Shown here: in pieces, positions 40,536 to 48,354 of the stretch
How positions within the stretch are numbered: position 1 is the first letter of the stretch
Layout: each line of letters begins with the position of its first letter
From: an uncultured Hyphomicrobium sp.
Lineage (GTDB): Bacteria; Pseudomonadota; Alphaproteobacteria; Rhizobiales; Hyphomicrobiaceae
Length of the DNA: 64,000 nucleotides
Assembly (NCBI GenBank): GCA_964589785.1
Contig: CAZPUQ010000010.1
Location: 874-64,873 of the forward strand
Reading direction: 5' to 3'
Made by a program: the position numbers and the translations under genes
Notes under the pieces: generated by a model
What the model was told of the DNA's origin: nothing
The model's database searches: none
What the model saw: only the letters and a program-made list of their open reading frames with translations

Positions 40536-40726
40536 TCCCGGCGGTCCATTCGTCGAGCGCTCCATTGATTTTCTTTTAGGCACAGTTCCGAGCGCCGCTT
40601 TCAGTTTACTCACCATTCACGAAAATCAAAAAAACTCTCCGCGCATCTTGCGAAATGCGTTCGAAAGGTGTTTTCTGTTTTCACGCGTGGCGCCGTCCCC
40701 CCATCCCCCAAGGTGCCATGTTGTCG

Positions 40727-40759
40727 AGCCCGCGGTCTCCCCCCGACCGCGGGCTTTTC
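40727..40759 (+). terminator. Rho-independent terminator with C-rich loop
   Basis: AGCCCGCGGTCtccccccGACCGCGGGCTtttc: perfect 11-bp stem followed by a T4 run on the plus strand only. Confidence 0.65.
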
Positions 40760-40804
40760 ATGTCCGGCAACCGTCCGCGCTAAGCGGCGAGGAGTGCTGC
40801 GGCG

Positions 40805-42190
40805 TCAGCTTTCGTCGCGAGGACGGAAGCCCGCGGCCTCGGCCTCCTCGACCGAACAGAACCAGCGTTCGCTGCGCGTTTCGCGAACGATCGTGCGCGC
40901 ATAGTCGGCGGCGGTCGGCATGAGATAGATCCTGCGGCCGGATTGGATGCGGCCCTTGATCGGACAGCCGCCAGGCGCTGCCGCCGCGGCGTCGTTCCAC
41001 ACGCGCGCCTGCCATGCCTCGGGACGTTCGGCCTCGCCGGCCCACAGCCCCGCCTTGGCCGCCCGCGCGTCGGCTTCCTCCGCCGCGTACCGAGCCCACA
41101 GCGTGCCGTCGGCGAAGGCGTGACCGCCGCGCACGAGATCGGCGGCGAGGTCCTTGCCGTCGACGCTGCACGTGGCGATCCGCGCACCGTCGTCCTCGCC
41201 CGATGGCGTGCAGACCACCTGACGCCGGCCACGCACGAGTTTCTCGAGCGCCTGCTTCGCCGACCGGCCGCAGGCGAACGTCGTCCCGTCCTCGTGGCGG
41301 CAGGTTTGCGCCGCAGCGAGCAGGGTGATGTCGGCGAGCCGCACCCGTACGCCGTCGATCGTGAGAAGCCCGGGCGCAGCGATGCGAGCCGTGCCCGTGA
41401 GCGTGTCGGCGGGATCGGTGGGCCGGGGCGTTGTCTCCTGTGCGTGCTCGCCAGCAAGCCAGCCGCCGACGACCGGCAAGGCGAGCCAAAGCCCGCCTCC
41501 GGCGAGGAGAAGCACGGCAGCCACGGCAAGTCCGGAAACCGGCGTCGGTCCAGCGGTACCGTTTGCGGTTGCGTCGGCCTCCAAGTCAGCGTGCGCGGTG
41601 TCCCGCGTCCGCGCCGGGATCGATGTCGTCCCGTCGGGGAACAAACGCGGCCACGACCACAGCAACGCCCCTGTCGCCGCGACCGCCGCGAGGAGGGCTG
41701 CGTCGAAATCGAAGCCGAACCGGCTGGCCCGCACCGCGAGCGCGGTGCCTCCGATCAGGGCGGCGGCCGCGAGGACGTTGCGCGCCAGCGGTCTCGTTAA
41801 CCGGGCGTTGAGCGGGGCCGATGCCGTAGCGATCCGTTGCCGGACCGCTGCTCCGCTCCGGGCTAGCAGGCTGAGGCCGTGCTCGGCGCCCTCGGCGGCG
41901 CTGCCGGCGGCCGATCGCGCCAGCCTGACCGCGGCCTGCCCCGCCGCTTCGGCTCCGGCCGCTCCGGCGGCCAGTCCCTTGCGGCCGGCTTCCTTGAGGT
42001 TGTCCGCCGCGGCCTCGCGCGCGGCCTGGAGCTTGTCGCGGCGCTGCCGGCGGCGCAGGAGCACCGTCGTGCGGACGTACTCCTGCCATTCAAAACCTTC
42101 GTTGCGCCGCCACCAGAGCAATGCTCGTCTCCCGTTCCGGTCCTGGCCGGCATCATTTGGCGGGACTTCGGGCCGGAACGTGGCGGACAA
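40805..42190 (-). CDS. membrane protein with C-terminal staphylococcal-nuclease-fold domain and terminal CxIKG...WFC motif domain
   Basis: Ala-rich N-terminal region, about 3 TM segments, then TIDGVRVRLADI...CGRSAKQALEKLV...DDGARIATC...LVRGGHA...AKAGLWAGE (SNase-like), then GGCPIKGRIQSGRRIYLMPTAADYARTIV...ERWFCSVEEAEAAGFR. The ORF-track start is TTG 42190. TTG 42121 is preceded by GGGAGA at 6-nt spacing and may be the real start. Confidence 0.8.
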   Translation of the reverse strand: MSATFRPEVPPNDAGQDRNGRRALLWWRRNEGFEWQEYVRTTVLLRRRQRRDKLQAAREAAADNLKEAGRKGLAAGAAGAEAAGQAAVRLARSAAGSAAEGAEHGLSLLARSGAAVRQRIATASAPLNARLTRPLARNVLAAAALIGGTALAVRASRFGFDFDAALLAAVAATGALLWSWPRLFPDGTTSIPARTRDTAHADLEADATANGTAGPTPVSGLAVAAVLLLAGGGLWLALPVVGGWLAGEHAQETTPRPTDPADTLTGTARIAAPGLLTIDGVRVRLADITLLAAAQTCRHEDGTTFACGRSAKQALEKLVRGRRQVVCTPSGEDDGARIATCSVDGKDLAADLVRGGHAFADGTLWARYAAEEADARAAKAGLWAGEAERPEAWQARVWNDAAAAAPGGCPIKGRIQSGRRIYLMPTAADYARTIVRETRSERWFCSVEEAEAAGFRPRDES

Positions 42191-42330
42191 CGCTGCGTTC
42201 GCGGCCGAATTTCCTGCGCGGCTTCGATGATCGCCCGTCTCGGCGCCATCGTATAGCCATCGTGGAACGGCGTGAGCCCCGCGCGCGGCCGGGCACGGGG
42301 AGCCGGCCGGGATAGACTGTGGAGAACCGC

Positions 42331-42861
42331 ATGATGACCGCGAGCCGCTGTGCCCTATCCGCCGCCCTGGTGGGCCTCGTCCTTGCCATGCCGGGTACCG
42401 TCCGCGCCGACTTCGGCCCGCCGGTGAAGAAGAAGATCGATTGCTCCAAGCCGGAGAATAAGAACAAGCCCGCCTGCAGGCCGAAGCACGAGGCCGCGTC
42501 GGACGACGAGATCTACAATGCCGGCTATTGGCTCGCCCGCGAGGGCAAGTTCGCCGAGGCGCTCGCCGTCTTCCGCATGGCGGCGAACCCGGATGATCCG
42601 CGCATTCTGACCGGCGTCGGCTTTGCCACCCGCAAGCTTGGCGACGTCGATGCGGCGGTCCCGTACTATGCGCGCGCGCTTGCCAAGGACCCGGACCTCG
42701 TCCTCACCCGCGCCTATCTCGGCGAAGCCTATCTCACGAAGGGCGATCTCGCGGCTGCGGAAGGCCAGCTCGGGGAGATCGCGCGCCGGTGCGGCACGGC
42801 GTGCGAGGCTTACGCGCACCTGTCCGCGGCCATCGCCGCCCACAAGGCGGCGACGGGCTGA
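42331..42861 (+). CDS. secreted TPR-repeat protein with conserved Cys pairs (paralog 1)
   Basis: Signal peptide ...LVLAMPGTVRA, then C-x10-C, then TPR-like YWLAREGKFAEALAVF.../YYARALAKDPDLVLTRAYLGEAYL, and a C-terminal RCGTACEAY. GGAG lies 6 nt upstream of ATG 42331. Confidence 0.8.
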   Translation: MMTASRCALSAALVGLVLAMPGTVRADFGPPVKKKIDCSKPENKNKPACRPKHEAASDDEIYNAGYWLAREGKFAEALAVFRMAANPDDPRILTGVGFATRKLGDVDAAVPYYARALAKDPDLVLTRAYLGEAYLTKGDLAAAEGQLGEIARRCGTACEAYAHLSAAIAAHKAATG

Positions 42862-42999
42862 GGTTCCGATCCAGCTTCTGCGCGGCCGCGCCGTTGCGGC
42901 AAACCACCCCTTGGCGCGGCCTGCCGGCTGAGGCACATTCGGCTCGGGAAAATGGACCCGGGGCCGATGTGGCGTCCGGGGACGAGGGAGAAAAGCCTG

Positions 43000-43560
43000 A
43001 TGATATCGTCGCTGCCGGTCCGGCGCCTTGTGGCTGCCGCGCTCGCCCTGTCTTTCGCCTCGCTGTTGTTTGCCATGCCCGCCTCTGCGGCGGACCAGGC
43101 GGTCTCCAAGGACGTCGGTCCCGCCCAGGCCGCCTGCGACGGCCATGCCAAGGGCTCGGCTGGCTGGCAGGCCTGCATCGGCGCCGCCCGCGCGGAGACG
43201 TCGGACGACGAACTCTTCTACGCGGGCTACTGGCTCGCCAAGACCGGCCGCTACGCCGAGGCGCTCGCCTACCTGAACCTCGCCCGCACGAAGGACGAGA
43301 GAGTGCTCACCTATATCGGCTTTGCCACCCGCAAGCAGGGCGACGTCGCCAACGCCATGCCGTTCTACGAGGCGGCGTTGGCGAAGAACCCGGACTTCGT
43401 CGTGGCCCGCGCCTACCTCGGCGAAGCGTATCTGACGCGCAACGAGCCCGCCCGCGCCAAGGCCGAGCTGGCCGAGATCGCGGCCCGCTGCGGCATGAGC
43501 TGCCCGGCCTACACCGAGCTCGACCGCCACATCGCCGCCTACGAGAGCGCCAAGGGCTGA
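43000..43560 (+). CDS. secreted TPR-repeat protein with conserved Cys pairs (paralog 2)
   Basis: Signal peptide ...LLFAMPASA, C-x12-C, YWLAKTGRYAEALAYL.../FYEAALAKNPDFVVARAYLGEAYL, and RCGMSCPAY. It aligns along most of its length with the upstream gene. Confidence 0.8.
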   Translation: MISSLPVRRLVAAALALSFASLLFAMPASAADQAVSKDVGPAQAACDGHAKGSAGWQACIGAARAETSDDELFYAGYWLAKTGRYAEALAYLNLARTKDERVLTYIGFATRKQGDVANAMPFYEAALAKNPDFVVARAYLGEAYLTRNEPARAKAELAEIAARCGMSCPAYTELDRHIAAYESAKG

Positions 43561-43600
43561 CCTGCCGCGCTCGCGGACGCCGACAGGGGGTGCTCGCAGC

Positions 43601-44885
43601 ATGACCACCTCCGCGGCCGGCGCCGGCAGAGAGACCATCGGGCCGATGCTCACCATCGGCCTCCTCTTCTTCATCTTCGGCTTCGTGACGTGGCTCAACG
43701 GGCCGCTCATTACGTTCGTGAAGCTCGCCTTCGACCTCGACGACGTGAACGCCTTCCTGGTGCCGATGGCGTTCTACCTCTCCTACTTCTTTCTCGCGCT
43801 GCCCGCGTCCGCCGTCCTGCGCGCGAGCGGCATGAAACGGGGCATGGCGCTGGGCCTCCTCGTGATGGCGGCCGGCGCCGCATTATCCCGGCGCGCTCAC
43901 CGGGCTCTTCGTCATCGGCACGGGTCTAGCGCTGCTGCAGACGGCGGCCAACCCGTACGTCAGCATCCTGGGGCCGATCGGCAGCGCGGCGCGGCGCATT
44001 GCGTTCATGGGCATCTGTAACAAGCTCGCCGGGCTGCTGGCGCCCCTCGTGTTCGGTGCGCTCGTTCTGCACGGGCTCGACGATTTCGCGGGCCGCGTGA
44101 AAGCGGCAGCGACGCCGGAGGCGCGCGAGGCGCTGCTCTCCGCCTTCGCGGGTCAGGTTTACGGGCCCTACCTGGCGATGGCGTTCCTGCTCGCGCTGCT
44201 CGCCGTCTTCATCCTGTGGTCGGCCCTGCCCGACATCGAGCCGGAGCATGCCAATGCGCACAGCGAGCCCGAAGCGGGCGACACGAGCCTCTTTGCCTTT
44301 CCGCACCTGTGGCTCGGCATCGTCGGGATCTTCGCCTACGTCGGCGTGGAGGTGATGGCGGCCGACGCCATCGGCGTCTACGGGGAAGGCTTCGGCCTGC
44401 CTCTCGATGCCACGCGGCTCTTCACGTCGTACACGCTCTTTGCGATGCTGGTCGGCTATCTCGCGGGGCTTGTCCTGATCCCGCGCCACATCTCCCAGGA
44501 GCGCTATCTCGCCGTCTCCGCGGCCCTTGGAATCCTGCTCTGTCTTGGCGCCTATGCGACGCGCGGGCCGCTCTCGGTCGGCTTCATCGCCGCGCTCGGG
44601 TTTGCCAATGCGATGATGTGGCCGGCCATCTTCCCCCTCGCCATCCGTGGCCTCGGCCGGCACACGGAGACGGGATCGGCGCTGCTCATCATGGCGGTCG
44701 CGGGCGGTGCGATCCTGCCGTGGCTGTTCGCGCTCCTGAAGCGGCACGTCGATTTCCAGCTCGCCTACGTGGCGCTTGCGGTGCCGGCCTATCTCTTTCT
44801 GCTCTATTTCGGTGTGCGCGGTCACCGCAGTCCGGCGGCATCGGACGTGCGCCCGGCAGGGAGTTGGGATAAAAGCCGCCCATGA
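43601..44885 (+). pseudogene. glucose/galactose-type MFS sugar transporter (FucP/GluP family), disrupted by a frameshift near 43878-43890
   Basis: ORF 43601..44020 gives a good MFS N-terminus (LLFFIFGFVTWLNGPLI...GMALGLLVMAAGAAL) and then turns into nonsense. The continuation YPGALTGLFVIGTGLALLQTAANPYVSILGP...MGICNKLAG... is in another frame that runs to 44885. Confidence 0.75.
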
Positions 44886-45535
44886 GCTGGGGCAAGGGCG
44901 ACGAGACAGGGCCGAAGCGCGGCTACCATCACGGCAACCTGCGGGAAGCCCTGATCAAGGCCGCGCTCGACCTCATCTCGAACAAGGGGCCGGCCGGGTT
45001 CACGTTTGCGGAAGCGGCGCGCGCGGCCGGAGTGTCACCCGCCGCCCCCTATCGTCATTTCCGCGACCGCGATGCCTTGATCGCCGACGTAGCGCGGCAA
45101 GGCTTTGTGGCATTCGCGGCCGCGCTCGATGCCGCGTGGGGGGCGGGCAGACCCGACCCGCGCACGGCGTTCGAGCGCGTCGGGCGCGCCTATCTACAGT
45201 TCGCGCGCACGGAGCCCGCCTACTACGCGGCGATGTTCGAGAGCGGGCTCGCCGGCGCCGACTACCCCGAGATGGCGCTGGAGGGCGATCGGGCGCTCGC
45301 CATCCTCCGCTCCGCCTGCGAGGCGCTTCTCGACACCATGCCGAAGGAGAGGCGTCCGCCGGCGATGATGGTGGCGCTGCACGTCTGGTCGATGGCGCAT
45401 GGTATCGCCTCGCTGTTTGCCCGCGGTGACCGCGCGCGCCGGCCCATTCCCATGTCGCCGGAGGATCTGCTCGAGGCCGCGACCCTCATCTATCTCGATG
45501 GGCTCGGCGTGCCGGCGCGCAGCACGCCGCGATAG
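44882..45535 (+). CDS. TetR/AcrR-family transcriptional regulator
   Basis: The helix-turn-helix FTFAEAARAAGVSPAAPYRHF is present. Its ATG overlaps the transporter stop (ATGA). Confidence 0.9.
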   Translation: MSWGKGDETGPKRGYHHGNLREALIKAALDLISNKGPAGFTFAEAARAAGVSPAAPYRHFRDRDALIADVARQGFVAFAAALDAAWGAGRPDPRTAFERVGRAYLQFARTEPAYYAAMFESGLAGADYPEMALEGDRALAILRSACEALLDTMPKERRPPAMMVALHVWSMAHGIASLFARGDRARRPIPMSPEDLLEAATLIYLDGLGVPARSTPR

Positions 45536-45608
45536 GGTCGCGCGCCTAGATCAGGATGCCCGAAATTCGTCGACCGGCCTCTTGACGCCTGGCCGGAGCG
45601 GGTCCACA

Positions 45609-45635
45609 TATGTGAATGTAATGAACATTCACATA
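45609..45635. promoter_or_regulatory. perfect 11-bp inverted repeat, candidate TetR operator upstream of the DUF2852 gene
   Basis: TATGTGAATGT-aatga-ACATTCACATA, AT-rich, lies 30 nt upstream of ATG 45665 and 74 nt downstream of the tetR stop. Confidence 0.5.
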
Positions 45636-45664
45636 GATTTGGCCGGCAAGGGAGTGAGGGTGCG

Positions 45665-46102
45665 ATGAACGAGATGGTCATGAAACTCGACGAATGGGGA
45701 CGGCCTGCGTGGCTGACCCTGATGGTCGTCAGTTTCATCCTGTTCTGGCCCGTTGGGCTCGCGGTTCTGGCTTTTCTTCTCTGGAGTGGACGCATGGGAT
45801 GCGGATGGAGCGGTAGGAACGGCAACTGGTCGGCCCGCATGGCCGACAGGATGGATCGCAAGGCGAAGGCCTGGGGCGGCGAGTTCCGCGGCTTCGGCGG
45901 TCCTTCGAGCGGCAATCGCGCCTTCGACGAGTATCGCGAGGCGACGCTGAGGCGGCTGGAGGAGGAGCAGCGCGAGTTCCGCGAGTTCCTCGACAACCTG
46001 CGTCACGCCAAGGACCGCGCCGAGTTCGACCAGTTCATGGCCGAGCGCAAGACCCGCACGGCGACGGACGGCGACAACGGCGGCAGCCCGCAGGCGGCCT
46101 GA
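45665..46102 (+). CDS. DUF2852-like small membrane protein
   Basis: KLDEWGRPAWLTLMVVSFILFWPVGLAVLAFLLWSGRM...NRAFDEYREATLRRLEEEQREFREFLDNLRHAKDRAEFDQFM matches my memory of DUF2852. GGGAG..GAGGG lies upstream. Confidence 0.8.
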   Translation: MNEMVMKLDEWGRPAWLTLMVVSFILFWPVGLAVLAFLLWSGRMGCGWSGRNGNWSARMADRMDRKAKAWGGEFRGFGGPSSGNRAFDEYREATLRRLEEEQREFREFLDNLRHAKDRAEFDQFMAERKTRTATDGDNGGSPQAA

Positions 46103-46138
46103 GCTTCTTGCGAGGCTGCGGGCTGAACAACGTGAATG

Positions 46139-46172
46139 GAGGACCTGCGCGGAACCGCGCAGGTCCTTTTTT
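46139..46172 (+). terminator. Rho-independent terminator after the DUF2852 gene
   Basis: GGACCTGCGCGGaaCCGCGCAGGTCCtttttt: perfect 12-bp stem plus a T6 run. Confidence 0.8.
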
Positions 46173-46217
46173 GTGTGCGCCGTCGCCTTGCACGGTCGCG
46201 AATAGTTTGCACGTCGC

Positions 46218-47123
46218 ATGACCTCTCGCCGCCCCACTTTTCCCGTCGCCGAAAACGGCTATGGTCCGGCCAGCATGACCCACGACGCCAAGACCACATC
46301 ACAACGCGAGCATCCCGACCATCGCCACATCGCGGGCGGTCTCGATATCATCGGCGATGTGCATGGCTGCGCGGCCGAGCTGCAGGCGCTTTTGCACAAG
46401 CTCGGCTACGAGGCCCGCCTGTTCGGCTCCGGCGAGGGTCGCCGCGCCCATGTCCGCACGCCGCCGGGCCGCCGCGCCGTGTTCGTCGGCGACCTCGTCG
46501 ACCGCGGTCCCGCCGCGCCCGACGTCCTGCGGCTCGTGCTGGCGCTGGCGGCCGAGGGCCAGTCGCTCTGCGTGCCGGGCAACCACGACGTGAAGTTCGT
46601 GCGCTGGCTGCAGGGCCGCCAGGTGAAGCTGACCCACGGCCTCGACCGCACGGCGCACCAGTTCGAGAGTGAGGGCGCGGCGTTCCGCGCGCACGTGCGG
46701 ACGTATCTCGAACGGCTGCCGATCCACCTCTGGCTCGACGGTGGCGCGCTGGCGGTGGCGCACGCGGGCATCCAGGACGACATGCTGGGGCGCGACACGG
46801 ACAAGATCCGCTCGTTCTGCCTCTATGGCGAGACGTCGGGGGAGCAGGACGAGCTGGGCCTGCCCGTCCGCTATCACTGGGCGGCGGAGTACCGGGGCCG
46901 CACCGCGGTCGTCTACGGCCACACGCCGGTGCCCGATGCCGACTGGATCAACAGCACGCTGTGCATCGATACGGGATGCTGCTTCGGCGGCAAGCTGACG
47001 GCGCTGCGCTGGCCGGACCGCGAGATCGTGTCGGTGCCCGCAGGCGCCGCCTATGCGCAATCACGCCGGCCGTTCGGGCATCCACCCCTGCGGCCAGGTG
47101 CTGCGCCGTTGGCGGGATCGTGA
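46218..47123 (+). CDS. calcineurin-like metallophosphoesterase, PrpE / Pnkp-phosphatase-like (Ap4A hydrolase / protein phosphatase family)
   Basis: Motifs GDVHGC, GDLVDRGP and PGNHD are present, and the ...KLTHGLDRT... segment aligns in my memory to Bacillus PrpE. Start is ATG 46218 or 46275. Confidence 0.85.
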   Translation: MTSRRPTFPVAENGYGPASMTHDAKTTSQREHPDHRHIAGGLDIIGDVHGCAAELQALLHKLGYEARLFGSGEGRRAHVRTPPGRRAVFVGDLVDRGPAAPDVLRLVLALAAEGQSLCVPGNHDVKFVRWLQGRQVKLTHGLDRTAHQFESEGAAFRAHVRTYLERLPIHLWLDGGALAVAHAGIQDDMLGRDTDKIRSFCLYGETSGEQDELGLPVRYHWAAEYRGRTAVVYGHTPVPDADWINSTLCIDTGCCFGGKLTALRWPDREIVSVPAGAAYAQSRRPFGHPPLRPGAAPLAGS

Positions 47124-47144
47124 CAACTGCCGGCGTCGCGCGAT

Positions 47145-48278
47145 CTACTTCGCGTGCGGTGTCTCGGGCGCCGCGGCTGCGAGGCCGAGTTCGGTCTCGA
47201 GGCGCCCGATCTCGCCTTTCAGCTCGGCGATATCGCGGCCGCGGTGCACGATGCCGAACTGGAGATCGGCAATCTCCTTGCTGAGCGTCCCGAGCTCGAG
47301 ACTGTCGGAGATGGTCAGCTTCTTGCGCGAGAGCTGGTGGACCTTCTGCCAGTCGCGCTGTGTCTCCTGCTCCATCTGCTTCACGCGCTGCCGCAACTGC
47401 GTCAGCGCGGCCTGCGAGGCGACGGTCGCCGACCGCGACTTCGCCTCGATCTCCTGCTCGAGCTCCTTGACGCGGCCCTGCAACGCCTGCGCCTCGCCGG
47501 GCTTGGCGTTCGGATCGAAATAGAACTCGCCGGTCAGCGAGGAGTGATCCCACGGCACCTGCTGTCCGTCGGTCGCCGCGATGACGTCCTTGCGCACGTC
47601 GATCATGACGGAGGTGAGGTTGCGGTCCGGCTCGGACATGCGTTTGACGAGGGCTTCGGTGAAGGGCGAGTTCTCGCCCTTGCCGTCGAGCGCCACGTTG
47701 CCCGGCTGCGTGGAATAGGCGATGAACGTTCCGACGCCGGCGTCGATCTGGGCCAGGCCCTTGCCCACGCTCGCCGAGCGCGTGCCCATCGTTCGCGCGA
47801 GGCTGCGCGACAAGGGATTGTCGCGGCAGGCATCGAGGAAGACGACGTTGGTCTTGTCCTCGCGCCCGAGCTCCATCTGCTTCAAGACGAAATCGACGCG
47901 GACGGCCTCGAATTCCAAATCGCGCTCTTTCGCGAGCTTGGCGTCGACGGGCACGAGATAGTTCTGCCCCGCCACCTGCAGGCCATGACCGGCGTAGAAG
48001 AACACCGCCGCATCCGCGCCCTCGAGCAGCGAGGAGAAGTCGCGCAGCACGACGTCGGTCTCCGCCTTCGTCCGGTCGAGCCCGACGAGGACCTCGAACC
48101 CGAGCGCACGCAGCCTGTCCGCGACGTCGCGCGCGTCGTTGGCGGGGTTCGGCAGAGGCGGCGCGTGCGTGTAGGCGGAATTGCCGATGATGAGCGCGAC
48201 GCGCTTTCCCGCAGCGGCCGGTCCGGCGAGCGCCGCGGCCAGAACCAAGGCAACGCAAAGTCGAAGGAACGCGAGCAT
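47145..48278 (-). CDS. secreted caspase-family (peptidase C14, orthocaspase) protein with C-terminal coiled coil
   Basis: Signal peptide MLAFLRLCVALVLAAALAGPAAA. Catalytic dyad context FFYAGHG (His) and FLDACRDNP (Cys). The C-terminal ~120 aa have heptad-like repeats (RVKELEQEIEAK...LRQRVKQMEQETQ). Confidence 0.88.
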   Translation of the reverse strand: MLAFLRLCVALVLAAALAGPAAAGKRVALIIGNSAYTHAPPLPNPANDARDVADRLRALGFEVLVGLDRTKAETDVVLRDFSSLLEGADAAVFFYAGHGLQVAGQNYLVPVDAKLAKERDLEFEAVRVDFVLKQMELGREDKTNVVFLDACRDNPLSRSLARTMGTRSASVGKGLAQIDAGVGTFIAYSTQPGNVALDGKGENSPFTEALVKRMSEPDRNLTSVMIDVRKDVIAATDGQQVPWDHSSLTGEFYFDPNAKPGEAQALQGRVKELEQEIEAKSRSATVASQAALTQLRQRVKQMEQETQRDWQKVHQLSRKKLTISDSLELGTLSKEIADLQFGIVHRGRDIAELKGEIGRLETELGLAAAAPETPHAK

Positions 48279-48354
48279 GACACCCCCCAGATGGCCGATC
48301 GTGGGGGCGAGCCAAGACCAAGATTGCGACGAAAAGGGGGAGGTCGTCGTTTCG

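Noticed and set aside
47145-48278. Caspase-like protease as effector of an anti-phage (CBASS/CHAT-type) system.
   Set aside because: It has a clear N-terminal signal peptide and no adjacent sensor, cyclase or NTPase genes. The neighbouring genes are a biotin operon and a convergent phosphoesterase.
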